Source: Octopus vulgaris (Eukaryota). Taken from it: a stretch of 64,000 bases of DNA. Each line of letters starts with the position of its first letter. Position 1 is the first letter of the stretch. Made by a program: the position numbers and the translations under genes. Below are positions 1-12,619 of this stretch, in pieces. Under the pieces are notes generated by a model. The model searched no databases, had not been told where the DNA came from, and was given only the letters and a program-made list of their open reading frames with translations. The stretch is from assembly GCA_951406725.2 (NCBI GenBank), contig OX597823.1, positions 63,736,001 through 63,800,000 on the forward strand, given 5' to 3'.

Positions 1-56
1 ATATATGTATGTACACATACATGCATGCATCTATGTATGTATGTATGTATGTATGA

Positions 57-92
<36 letters not shown>

Positions 93-117
93 ATTTCTCT
101 CTCTCTCTCTCTCTCGA

Positions 118-166
<49 letters not shown>

Positions 167-606
167 TATATGTACTGTTGTGTCTGAGGAGAGTCATTCT
201 CTTTTAGTGCCTTTTACTGTCTCTTTCACTCTCTCTTTCTCTTTCACTTCCTTTGTGTCCCTCTTCTCTCCCGCTTTTGATTTAACAATGTGTATGTGTA
301 TTTATGTATCTACTTCTCTTGCGATGAACGCAGTCACCACTCACTGTTTCTTTCACTCTCTCTCTTTCTCACACACATTTTTCCTCTCTCTCTCACTATC
401 TTCCTTTCTTTCTTTCTTAGGTCCTCTCTGAAAAAGCAAAACGAATGCTGTTACCACTCACTGTCTGTTTCACTCTCTCTTTCTCTCTTACTTCCTCTCT
501 GTCCTCCTCTCTCACTTCGCCACTTCTTTGAAGTGTGACACACACTACAGGTACGTACAAAAGCAAAGAGCGTATTAATATTACTGATGATAACATAATA
601 ATAATA

Positions 607-985
607 AGGACTTCTCCATTAAGACTAACCATACTATTATGACAAGAAGACCAGACATGACTATAGAAGTCATAATAAACAGAGCAGGATCATAGATTTT
701 GCAATACCCAACGATAGCAAAGTTGATACCAAAGAAATGGGAAAAACTGAGAGATACGAAGATCTAGCCAGAGAACTGAGGAGACTGCAGAAGATCAAGG
801 CAAAATCATTCCTGTAGTAGTAGTAGGTGCACTTGGCATAACACCCAAAATGCTATCTAAAAGACAACGAAACTGGAATTGAAACTCGCATTGTTGACCT
901 GCAGAATTCTGGAAGAATCCTAAGAAAGATTCTTGAGGTTTGAGGAGACTTGTTGTCGTCAAACCACAAGATAGAATATCTAGTA
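607..985 (+). mobile_element. 3' fragment of an RLE-type non-LTR retrotransposon (R4/Dong-like)
   Basis: Decayed translation DFSIKTNHTIMTRRPD...IIDFAIPNDSKVDTKEMGKTERYEDLARELRRL...IPVVVGALG, the restriction-like endonuclease region. Confidence 0.75.
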
Positions 986-1211
986 AAAAAACTAGTATGC
1001 ACTAGTGAAATAATAATGATAATAAATGTGGTCAAATTCCAGCAGCTGGTCATAGGTAAAGCTGGAACACTGCCAAAAACAAAAAAAAATTACCAAACTT
1101 TTTTTTTTCATATATTAGATATAAATATAAAAGAGAATGAAACTTTGAAGACGAAAGATAAGAGAGAAGAAGATACATTAAAGGAGTATTATTCAGAGAT
1201 ATATCACATAC

Positions 1212-1278
1212 CACTGCCAGCGCTTCCTTCACGAGCATCTCGGTGCCGACCACTGCCTCGTCTGCCACTGTTGATTCT
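1212..1278 (-). CDS. IFT88: IFT88 late coding exon (RINSGRRGSGRHRDAREGSAGS-G)
   Basis: 67 bp with CAG/GTATGT boundaries, phase 0-1. Matches human RIKSGRDGSGGSRGKREGSASG. The remaining exons lie beyond the left edge. Confidence 0.88.
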
Positions 1279-1505
1279 CTGAATGCCACAAAGAACAGAG
1301 AGGAAATTTAATGCAATGCAGCAGTGTTGGATATATATATATATATATTACCACATATGTTTTGGAACAGTTTAGATTCTCTGTCTATAGGATATAAATT
1401 GATACATTGGTGTATGTTCATATGTGTTTCCATCAACAAAGAGGGGTTTATATTTTATCTTCTTTGGCAATAGGAAAATACACACACACATATATATATA
1501 CACAC

Positions 1506-1564
<59 letters not shown>

Positions 1565-1603
1565 CACACACACACACACATATCACACAAATCATCACAT
1601 GTA

Positions 1604-2314
1604 CACAGACATGACAGAAGTAAATAGACACCCCATAAAACAGCGGTTTATGCTTATTCTAACCTGTAAGGGTCTATAATTTTTATTAATGGACATTTTT
1701 ATGTTTCAGGTTCTATATGTGATTGTTTAATCATGCCATGTACAAAAGAAGCCTTGGAACCATCTGAATTTCAAAGAGGCCGCATTGTGGGTTATTCTGA
1801 AGGTGAACATAGTCAGGGCAAAATCGCAGAAAACCTTGGGAACCTGCTTTCTACAGTTAATAGAGTGATTGTGCAATTTCACTAGAGAGAGGAAGGAGTC
1901 CACATCATCTCACCCAGATCAACCAGGGCCCTCTGACAGGATCCTTCTCTTTGTTAGGAGAAGCATGGAGGATAATCCTTATTGCAAAGCCTCTCACATA
2001 GCAGAACAAGTTGATGTCAGTCCCAGAACTACTGTAAGGTATCTCCACAAACTTGGTTACTATGGCAGAGCAGCAAGAAGGAAGCCACATCTTCAACCAG
2101 CCAACATCAAGCGGAGAAAAGATTGGGCCAGTGAGATGGTGGAGAGGTCACTAGCATCTTGGGATACTGTCATATTCTCTGATGAGTCTAGATTTGCTGT
2201 ACTTCCTGACAGTGGTCGAGTGTGGGTCTAGAGACTCTGTGATCAAGAATTTGATGTGGAAAGATTTTAAATAAATTTTAATGATTATAAGGGTGTCTAT
2301 TTAATTCTGTCATA

Positions 2315-2320
<6 letters not shown>
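1604..2320 (+). mobile_element. Internally deleted Tc1-like transposon
   Basis: TIRs CACAGACATGACAGAAGTAAATAGACACCC / GGGTGTCTATTTAATTCTGTCATATCTGTG with TA flanks. Transposase fragment: [10 protein letters not shown]...ARRKPHL...VIFSDESRF. Confidence 0.9.
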
Positions 2321-2360
<40 letters not shown>

Positions 2361-2888
2361 CACACACACATATATACACAAACATATATACATACGTATA
2401 TATTTATATACAAAGACACAAATATTTACAAATACACACACACACACACACACAAGCATTATCATTTAATGTCTGTGTTCAATGCTAGCATAGTTTGGAT
2501 AGTTTGACAGGACCCAAAGGGTTGAAGGAGAGCATCATGCTCCAATGTCTGCTTGGGCATGGTTTCTATAGCTTGATGCCTTTCCTAATGCCAACCCCAC
2601 CTTACATCATGCACTGAATGGTTTTTATGTGGCACCAGCACCTGTGAGGTTGCTATGCAGCTTGCAAAACAAAGACCTCCTTCAAATGAGTAGGGCTGCA
2701 GTAGAATACCTTTTCCTGGTTGTTGTTGTCATCACTGCCATTGTTATCATCATCATCATCACCTCTGTTTTCATCATAGGCCTGAGGCTATAGTAGAGGA
2801 CACCTGTCCAAGGTGCCATGCAGCGAGACTGAACCCAGAACCATGTGGTTGGGAAGCAAATTTCTTACTGCACAGCCAGGTTTGCACC

Positions 2889-2939
<51 letters not shown>

Positions 2940-3480
2940 GTGGTTGGCATTTTGAAAGGCATCCAGCAGTAAAAACCATGCCAAAACTAACCTTGCCTGT
3001 GCTTGTGCCATGTAAAATGCACACAGTCCACTCTACAGTGTGGTTGGTGTTAGGAAGGGCATCCAACCATAAAAACCATGCCAAAACAGACACAGTAGCC
3101 TGGTGTAGTCTTCTACCTGGCCAACTCCTATCAAACCATCCAATCCATGGATGGCGGATGTTAAATGATGATGATAATATATATATATAGAGAGTTTCAT
3201 TCAAACTCACTAATGTGAAGATGTGTATGGTGAACTGATTGGTTCAGGAATGCAATGTCTGTTTGTCTCACATAAATCGATGCAAGTGATGCTAAATGCT
3301 GCCTTATTAACAGTAACCATCCTAACACATAAATACCATCTATTTCTTCCTTTTTAGTTAAAGGGCAAATTTTTCAGCTGTGTACAAACTGGTTTCAAAA
3401 TACACATGACCAGATAAAATTTACTACGACAAGGAATAAACGTATGAGAAAGAAGAAAGAAAGAAAGAATGCAGATATAC

Positions 3481-3587
3481 CTGGTCACGCATTTCCTTAG
3501 CCTTTTCTGCTTTCTTTAGTTTCGTTGCATATTCTTGTGCATCTGGTAGACCCAGGTCAGCACTGATTTTTGTCAGAAACTTTAAAC
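3481..3587 (-). CDS. IFT88: IFT88 late coding exon (C-LKFLTKISADLGLPDAQEYATKLKKAEKAKEMRDQ)
   Basis: 107 bp with CAG/GT boundaries, phase 1-0. Matches the human C-terminal CLRFLVRLCTDLGLKDAQEYARKLKRLEKMKEIREQ. Confidence 0.92.
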
Positions 3588-4623
3588 CTGTAACAAAAGA
3601 GACAAAGAGAAAATATAACATATTCTTTTATTGGTTTCAGTCACTAAAAACACACATATATACATAGTTCATAGATGAGATCAAGCTATTCTCTGTATAG
3701 AATATACTTAGTAGTACTCAAGAGATTTAAACTTGAGCAGATATAGAAGCAAATGTCGGGATAAACAAATTAGACATCAATATATACAATATATTAAACA
3801 CATGAAATACAAAATATGTGTACGTATAAAAAGGTCAAATTAGACATCAATATATACAATATATTAAACACATGAAATACAATATGTGTATGTATGTATA
3901 CATATAAAAAGGTCTGACTTACACAAAATACAAATGAAATACAAAATTAAAAGGGTGGATGAAAAGTGTTACAAATCCAACAGCTGTTTCTGAGGGCTCA
4001 GTGGTCCATAAAAATGCTTGTAGATTGACTCCATCATAAGGTGACATGAGCCTCTGTCTTCTGGGAAGAGATTTGAGATGTTATAGGAAAGAAGTTCAAA
4101 GACAGAATGCATACTATTCCTCCACCCTTTTAATTCTCTATTTCATTTGTATTCAAGCACATTTTTTGTATTTCATGTATTTAATATACTGTATATATTG
4201 AACTGTCTAATTTGCTTATGCCCATATATATATATATATATATGATCATGCAATTAAGAAGTTCACTTTGGAACTATGTGATCCTGGGTTCATTCTAACT
4301 GTGTGGACCCTATCAGCTGAATTCTATCATAACTGTAAGTTGACCAACACCTGGTGAGTGAAGTGTGGTAGACAGAAAGAGATTCTTTTATTCTTTTACC
4401 TGTTTCAGTCATTTGACTGCGGTCATGCTGGAGCACTGCCTTAAAGGGTTTTTAGTCAAAAAAGTCAAGCCTAGGACTTATTCTTTGTAAGCCTAGTATT
4501 TATTCTATCAGTCACTTTTGTCAAACCACTAAGTTACAGGGACATAAAGACACCAACATCCATTGTCAAATGATGGTGGGGATACAAACACAGACACAAA
4601 GACACACACACATAAATAAATAA

Positions 4624-4680
<57 letters not shown>

Positions 4681-5166
4681 ATCCAAAACACGGAACAAGA
4701 ATGTAATGGACGACAATGAAAACATATGGACAGATGGACAATACAAAGACAGATGGAATATTCATGGCTTTCTATTCATCAGTCAAGCTTCCAATTATCA
4801 CTACAGTTTTGGTCTGTTACACTTGGGACTGTTCAAAATTGGTAGCCCCCAAAAATCTAAGCTAAGAGCATTAAATTTTTGGAAGAAAGTGGACGAATAT
4901 GTGCGACAACAAAGACAAAAAAAAAGGGAAAAATGGAGAAAATGTTACACAATTACAAATACAAACAACAGGTGTCTTTCGACTAAAAGGACAAGTTAAT
5001 TTAAGCCGGTGTGTGAAGTGGAAGCCTTATGGCAACAAATATAGATGAAAATTGGAGACAAGAAAACAAGGTGTTGTGCAAGAGGCAAGCACTGGCCAAG
5101 CACTGGTCACGTGGGAGGAAAAAAGAGAGGTAGGGAGCAGAGGGATTGAAGAATTAGGGAAGGAAC

Positions 5167-5206
<40 letters not shown>

Positions 5207-5544
5207 GAAAAAGAAAAGAGGAAAGAAAGAAGAAAGTTGTATAGAATTTAGATACATACTTACTTACAAGCTGATATATATATATAAAATAAATCCAATA
5301 CAAGGAAAAACAATTTTCTTTATAGGGGTGGAAAAATGTCCTATTTTCTACTGGTTTTTCAGTAAATACCCCATAGGGTAGAGAAAAACCTTTCACAAAC
5401 CAAAAGGGTATATATTCAATATAGAAAAATTAAAAGTAAATAAAGATTTATGATTGACATATTTTAAATATAATTTATTAACATAATATTATATTACAAT
5501 AAATATAATATAATATTAGGTTGTCCCAAAAGTTCGTAAACACT

Positions 5545-5644
5545 NNNNNNNNNNNNNNNNNNNNNNNNNNNNNNNNNNNNNNNNNNNNNNNNNNNNNNNN
5601 NNNNNNNNNNNNNNNNNNNNNNNNNNNNNNNNNNNNNNNNNNNN
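5545..5644. other. Assembly gap (100 N) inside IFT88
   Basis: Run of exactly 100 N, a typical unknown-size scaffold gap. Confidence 0.99.
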
Positions 5645-5756
5645 GGAACCATGCACATAACAAAATACAATAAAATGTATAAAATATAATATATAGATAT
5701 TTTGTTTTTGTAATTGATTTGCAAGGTTCTTGGTGTGAATTCATGGGTTGGAACAA

Positions 5757-6152
5757 ATCTTGTTGTGTCTTGGGAGGGTCATGATGCCAATAATAATAAA
5801 CACACACACAAGTTCAACATCACTTCATTACTGTTAGTCAATCAGTTAAATATCTAACCGACTAACTCATTGACCATTTGTTCAGTGTACTGGTTAAACA
5901 ATCAATCAGTTGCTTGTTTGTCAAAGTCCTCTTGTTTGCTATTCATGATAACATCAATGAAATGGAAAAGAGAGAGCAAGTCATTAATGAGGTTGTGAAA
6001 CTGATTGATTGCTTAACTAACACATAAAACAAACTATCGATAAGTTAGTTGCTTGGATATTAAACCAACTGACTCACAATAAAGAAGTGACGCTGAACCA
6101 GTGTGTGTGTTTATTATCATTGGTGTAATGTCCCTCCCAAGACACAATAAGA
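5757..6152. mobile_element. Fold-back element / MITE with ~155 bp diverged inverted arms
   Basis: ATCTTGTTGTGTCTTGGGAGGG...CAATCAATCAGTT is the reverse complement of AACTGATTGATTG...CCCTCCCAAGACACAATAAGAT. Confidence 0.8.
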
Positions 6153-6488
6153 TACACGGTACCACCAAAAGTGAACAGTAGCATTGTTAAAGGCATGAAA
6201 CTTTCATGATCTTTTGGATGATGACTGATGAAGAATTAGCTATGTCTTGTATGTGAATTTTCCATTTGTTGTAGTTCTTTTACTCTTTTACTTGTTTCAG
6301 TCATTTGACTGTGTCCATGCTGGAGCACTGCCGTTTAGTCTAGCAAATCGACCCCAGGACATATTTTTGTAAGCCTAGTACTTATTCTATCGGTCTCTTA
6401 TGCCAAACTGCTAAGTTGTGGGGACGTAAACACACCAGCATTGGTTGTCAAGCGATGTTGGGGGACAAACACAGACACACAAACATAT

Positions 6489-6532
<44 letters not shown>

Positions 6533-6692
6533 GACGGGCTTCTTTCAGTTTCCATCTACCAAATCCACTCACAAGGTTTTGGTCGGCCCGAGGCTGTAGT
6601 AGAAGACACTTACCCAAGGTGCCACGCACTGGGACTGAACCTGGAACCATGTGGTTGGTAAGCAAGCTACTTACCATACAGCCACTCCTGCG

Positions 6693-6736
<44 letters not shown>

Positions 6737-6738
<2 letters not shown>

Positions 6739-7180
6739 AGTGCCGGTGGCACATAAGAAAACCATCCGAACATGGCCGTAGCCAGTACCGCATCGACTGG
6801 CCTCCGTGCTGTGGGCACGTAACAAACACCATCCGATCGTGGCCGTTCGCCAGCCTCGTCTGACACCTGTGTCGGTGGCACATAAAAAACACCATCCGAG
6901 CGTGGTCGTCTGCCAGCCTCGTCTGGCACCTGTGTCGGTGGCACATAAAAAACACCATCCGAGCATGGCCGTTCGCCAGCCTCGTCTGGCACCTGTGTCG
7001 GTGGCACATAAAATCACCCACTACACACTCGGAGTGGTTGGCGTTAGGAAGGGCATCACGCTGTAGAAACACTGCCAGATCTAACTGGCCTGGTGCAGCC
7101 TTCGGGCTCCCCAGACCCCAGTTGAACCATCCAACCCATGCTAGCATGGAAAGTGAACGTTAAACGATGATGATGATGAT
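6737..7180 (+). mobile_element. SINE/RTE-like tail element with internal ~60 bp tandem repeats, ending in (GAT)n
   Basis: Three or more units of CACCATCCGAGCGTGGTCGTCTGCCAGCCTCGTCTGGCACCTGTGTCGGTGGCACATAAAAAA, then GTGGTTGGCGTTAGGAAGGGCATC...CCCATGCTAGCATGGAAAG...GATGATGAT. Relatives at 2990-3175, 42150-42355, 52600-52890 and 55045-55550(-). Confidence 0.7.
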
Positions 7181-7504
7181 ATAATGCAAAAAAATACTGC
7201 AGACTGCAATAGACAATAAAATAGAAATAAGATTTAAAAATTCATGCTTTCTGTGCAACCCAGTATTGGTCTCTGGCCTGATGGTTGAGAACCTCTGCTA
7301 TAAAGCACCTGGTGTGACACTTACATTACAGATGTTGGACCCAACAAACATTTCAGTTACATTCCTCCTAATTAGCATTGGATTAAAACATTATCCAAAT
7401 GTATCAATTGTTTCTGATGAGAAATGAGATGTCAATATTATGGTGATAGGGGAGGTATATTGAATGACAGTGGTTTATAAAAGAAAAATACCATTTCCAC
7501 ATAC

Positions 7505-7583
7505 TTTTCATCGGTCCTTTTCTCAAGAGGGGACACTGGGCTGATGCCTTTTAAAACCGGATCTGTGGAATCAAAAGTTGCAC
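7505..7583 (-). CDS. IFT88: IFT88 coding exon 4 (G-ATFDSTDPVLKGISPVSPLEKRTDE)
   Basis: 79 bp with CAG/GTATGT boundaries, phase 1-2, in frame with exon 3. Resembles human GSAFDPLSQSRGPASPLEAKKKD. Confidence 0.85.
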
Positions 7584-7770
7584 CTGGAAAAGAAATTCAC
7601 AAAATCACATTATATGTTATATATACACAGATATGTACATACATATATATATATATATATGTACATATAAGTATGTGTGTGTGTGTGTGTGTATGTATAA
7701 TATACATAGATTAGATTTGAATCATTGGCGATTTTCTTCCTCTGTCTTCCTTTCTTTTGGACTTCCCTCT

Positions 7771-7806
7771 GTTTCTGAAGAAGAGCTTTGCTCAAAACGT
7801 TATACC
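7771..7806 (+). ncRNA. Decayed hammerhead-like motif
   Basis: GTTT-CTGAAGA-A-GAGC(TTT)GCTC-AAAA-CGTTA. GAAA has become AAAA and stem I is damaged. Confidence 0.45.
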
Positions 7807-8475
7807 ATCTTTCTTTCCTTCCCTGAGTGTCTCCTAATACTTTACATGTACCATGTCCACATGTTGTTGCTTTTTTTGTGTATATATGTATATATATGTA
7901 TATAATATATATATATATGTATGTATATATATATATCATCATCATCATCATCATCATTGTTTAACGTCCATTTTCCATGCTAACATGGGTTGGATGGTTC
8001 GTATGGGGTCTGGAAAGCCAGGAGGCTGCACCTGGCACCTGTCTGATCTGGCAGTGTTTCCACAGCTGGATGCCCTTTCTAACACCAACCACTCCACAGG
8101 GGCCAGAGGAAGACTTGTGAGTGGACAAATAGAAATTGAGAGAAACCTGTTGTATGTGTGTGTGTGTGTGTGTTTATTTGTGCCTTTGTGTTTGTGTTTG
8201 TTTCCACCACACCACTTGACAACCAGTGTTGGTTTGTTTAATCCCTGTAACTCAGCTGTTCAGCAAACAGAGTTCAATAGAATAAATACAAGACTTAAAG
8301 TTAAGTACTGAGGTTGATTCATTCAACTAAACCCTTCAAGGTAGTGTCCCAGCATGGCCACAGTCCAATGACTGAAACAGGTAAAAGATAAAAGATATCT
8401 CTAGACAGAGAAACTGGCTATGGGTTGGTACAGAATATTCATACAGCATGATTTATGAAATGGAAATGAGCCCAC

Positions 8476-8659
8476 CTCTGTTTCCAGCAGATGTATATCC
8501 AGCACCTCTTACAGCCGTCATTGGTCTTGCAGAGCCATCTTGAGGAGATATTCCGGTTCTAATAGGTCGGCCAAATGATGAAGACAGATTTGATCTTCCT
8601 CCCCATGTTGCTGTTCCTAAAGGCTTTCGAGAAAATGTATCCCTAGGCACCATACCAGT
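8476..8659 (-). CDS. IFT88: IFT88 coding exon 3 (TGMVPRDTF...SSFGRPIRTGISPQDGSARPMTAVRGAGYTSAGNR)
   Basis: 184 bp, CAG acceptor at 8660-8662, GT donor at 8474-8475, phase 0-1. Contains the conserved RPMTAVRxAG motif. Confidence 0.9.
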
Positions 8660-10842
8660 CTGGAAAAGAAAGAAATCAACGTTGAAATCAAGGTCTCAAT
8701 ACACTCAGTAATAAATATACTCCTACTGAGGCAATGCCATAGCAAACCCCTAGTTGTAGAGTGTTGTCACAGTGATCCCTTTTTTGAGGTAATATCATGG
8801 CAACCCTCTAGCTATGTTGTCTTAGTGATCCCCTAGTTACACAGTGTTACCATGGTGAGCCTGTAGTTATAAGTTATTGTCACAGTGATCTCCTATTGAG
8901 GTAAAATCATGGTGTTTTTATTGTGAGACCCTATTGATGTATTGCTTGGTGAGTCCATAGTCATAGAATATAATTGTGGTTCCAAAAGGTTGTGCCACAG
9001 TTAATGCACTACAAGTGTGCCATGAAAATAATACACGACACTAGTGCCATGAAAATAATATCATTATGGTTCTAAAAATAATGTGAAAAAGACAAACTTA
9101 AATTCTATGCTACATTGTTGATAATGATGATGATGATGATGATGGTGTTGATGATGATAGTGATGATAATGACGATGACAATAGTGGTGGTGGTGGTGAT
9201 GATGACAACAATGATGATGATGGTGGTAACGATGACAATGAGCCCATTAACATTCACATCACCATTAACTGTGTTAAATATTCCGATGTACTCCCATAAA
9301 GAAGATTAGTGCCATCTTGTTTGAGATTTTTCACTCTAGCATTCCTAATACTAATGATGTAAAAATATGCTGATATATTCATATGTAAATGAGTGTCTTT
9401 TTTAACATTTGACCATTCAACATTTATAACAATAATAGATATATTAATCATTGTTATCAATAGCATCTCACGGTATCAGGAAATTCATTCCATTAAATTA
9501 TCCTAGTGTTCTACGGTGGTTGTATAAACCTACTTTTGACTTAGAAGAACGTTGGCAACAAAGATTTGAGAATTGAAAGACATTCGAATCCAAGAATTGT
9601 TGTTATCAGTCATCTCATGCCTCTTTCTATCAATCTTCTCTTAACAATTGCTCCCCAAAAAACAGTTGCACCAACCTGGAATGGTCTCCTCCTGAATGAT
9701 CTACCAGAAGCATTGTCAGCCCACAAGTAAATACTAATATTAAAGCTTTAGATACAGCAGAGAGCTGGCAGAACCATTAGTATGCTGGGCAACATAACTA
9801 GCAGTATTTCATGTCTTTATGTTCAAGGCTCAAATGCCATTAGGGTTGGCTTAGCCTTTCATCCTTTTGGGACTGACAAAATAAGTACCAGTCGAGCACT
9901 GGGATCTAGTTGATTGACTTAACCCTTTCTCTGAAATTGTTGGCCTTCTACCAAAATTTTGAATCAGTATTAAAGCTTTAGAATGCAGGCTTTAGTTGAT
10001 CCTTGTATCACCATCTCACAGCTCCTAATAGATGGATGGATTCTTTCTCACAGTTCTTTGCACATAAACATCATCAACAGTCAATGATCTCATATTCTTT
10101 AAATATGATGCATTCATAAATGAAATCAGCAATCTACAATACATTGTCCAAAAATTCCAGTCAACTGATCTTAATGGAGTTATGTCCCTTGCTTGTTGTT
10201 CTTAGAATTAAATTCTCTTAGGAGTTGTTACCAGTTAATTGTTTGGATAATCTCAGTCTAATGAAGTTTTCTCACTGACCTGTGTGAGACCATATGCTAT
10301 TAAAAAGACCAGGTTTTTTCTGCAAGATATGTTGGGGTCTTGCTACTAAACAGTACAGCATATCTTTAATCAATTTTTTTCAACATTTAAACCAAAACTG
10401 TGTACTAATTCATATAAGCCACAGAACACAATTTTTTATTTCTTTATTGCCCATAAGGGGCTAAACATAGAGGGGACAAACAAAAGGATTAAGTTGATTA
10501 CATCGACCCCAGTGCATAACTGGTACTTAATTTATCGACCCCGAAAGGATGAAAGGCAAAGTTTACCTCGGCGGAATCTGATCACAGAGCACAATTTCTG
10601 AAAAAGTGCAGAAAGTGATTTATTTGTTGTAATAAAAAAGCAACAAAATCACAAATTTTGGAAGGATGAACTACAATCAGTTTTATTGACTCATAGTATT
10701 TTATTAACCCCAAAAGCATAAAAGAAAAGTTAACAACTTTGGTAGGATTTGAACCAAGAACATAAAGGGATGTAACCAAATACAGCTTTCCTAGTTCTGC
10801 TCATCTGCTACTATTTATTTGTTGTAATGAAGCATATTTTAC

Positions 10843-10911
10843 CTGTGGTGCTCGCCGGCCATGGCTAGTTTGTAGTACAGCTTTTTGAAAATTGGGATCA
10901 TCAGCCAGGTC
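10843..10911 (-). CDS. IFT88: IFT88 coding exon 2 (DLADDPNFQKAVLQTSHGRRAPQ)
   Basis: 69 bp with CAG/GT boundaries, phase 0-0. Matches human ELENDAAFQQAVRTSHGRRPP. Confidence 0.92.
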
Positions 10912-11072
10912 CTGCAGGATAATAAAAAAATTTCACATATATTTAAAAGATATGAATACATATCCAAATGTATGCAGTTGCACACTCATGATACAAATAT
11001 ATATATATATATATATATATGGAAAAAAAAGTCAAGATAGAAAATGCTAAAATGATTTTATAAAAAACATTT

Positions 11073-11108
11073 CAGTACCGGTTTCAGTCATTGAAGCATT
11101 TTCAACTG
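11073..11108 (-). ncRNA. Decayed or variant hammerhead-like motif (TTGAAAA core)
   Basis: Minus strand: CAG-TTGAAAA-(13 nt, poorly paired)-GAAA-CCGG-TA-CTG. Confidence 0.4.
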
Positions 11109-11416
11109 TAAGTATGCAAAACAATTAAATTTTGGAAAAATTAAAAGAAAAGTTTTTTAAAAGAATATTTGCATAGTGTTCAAATACAAGTGGCATTTTC
11201 CTTGTTTCTGCCTGTTTCTCTCTCTCTCTCTTGTTTACTCTTGTGGGTTCGAGGTCGTTGTGAATTCTTGGTAGAGGGGGAGGAAGAGGAGGAGAAGAAG
11301 AAGAATATGGGCATGACACGACAGTAGTATGTTGAATGGTCAACTGCCTTGAAAGTGACCCACTGTGAACGGTAGTAGTGATTGAATTCCTGAAACATCT
11401 CTTCTGAATGTTTTGC

Positions 11417-11449
<33 letters not shown>

Positions 11450-11498
11450 TATATTACCCATACCAGCATGGACAACAAATGTTAAATGATGACACATA

Positions 11499-12001
11499 TG
11501 TAGGGTACTAGAGCTAAATTTGATGATTTGATGTATTGGTGAACAGTCAATGGTGTTGGAGAGCATAAAGACAAAAGTGGTAGCTGAGAAAAAGTTAGCT
11601 GATGCAAAGGATCGGAAGACATCTGTATTTTGGTTGTTGGAGAATTTCTACAACTTCACCAGTTTTGATTTCTGAGCTCCTAATTCCTTCAGTTGTAATC
11701 CCATGGACTACCAAGTATGGAGCTCTGTTGAGAAAGGCACTAAGACTAAACTGTGAGGGCCAAGATCAAGGACATGTTCAAAGATGTTTGAAGGGACACA
11801 GTGAAGAACATATGTGCCAAGTTCAGGAGACATTTTGAAGCCATGGGAGAAGCTGAGAGCAACTCCTTTCAGTAAATTGTTATCTTCCAACCATAATTTA
11901 GTTGGTATTTTTTGATTTTTTAAGACTTTTATTTTTGGATGAGGTATTTTATTTTATTTTCCTTTTATGCAAACTGTCAAATTTAGTTTGACCACCCAGT
12001 A
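11499..12001 (+). mobile_element. Degenerate Tc1/mariner remnant
   Basis: Imperfect TIRs (GGGTACTAGAGCTAAATTTGA / TCAAATTTAGTTTGACCACCC) and a residual 'SCNPMDYQVW' (SPDLNPLDY-like) peptide. Confidence 0.6.
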
Positions 12002-12619
12002 AACACACATATACATAAAAATATATACATACAGACACTTTTAAAAAAATATTTATGTTTTTTATCTTTTATCTGTTTTGATCATTAGACTGGTCATGCT
12101 GGGGCACCACCTTCAAGAACTGAATGAATTGACCCCAGTACTTATTTTATTTATATATTTATTTATTTATTTTGAAGCCTGTTACTTATTCTATCAGTCT
12201 CTTTTACCAAACTACTAAGTTATGGAGATGTAAAAACACCAACACCAGTTGTCAAATGGTGATGGAGGGACAAACACTGACACAAAGACATGCACATAGA
12301 TATATCTGTATGATGGGCTTCTTTCAGTTTTCATCAACCAAATCTATTCACAAGAGTTTGGTTGGCCTGGGGCTATAGTAGAAGACACTTGCCCAAGATG
12401 TTATGCAGCATAGAGCCGGAACCCTGAGGTTGAAAAGCACACTTCTTACCACACAGCTACACCAGTGCCTATATTTAGAATTTTTACAATTGTGAAATGA
12501 GGAGAATCAGAAGTAATTCAGATAGTATTTCTTTATTAGTGTTGCTGATAATGACACTATTATCAACTAATGATAGTAGTAATAATGAAAATATGCATCC
12601 AAAGGACTAAAGTTTTAAT

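Noticed and set aside
6411-7147. 198 aa and 158 aa ORFs with repeated peptides; superficially CRISPR-like periodicity
   Set aside because: ~60 bp tandem units inside a SINE-like element, with no unique spacers and no cas genes; eukaryotic context.
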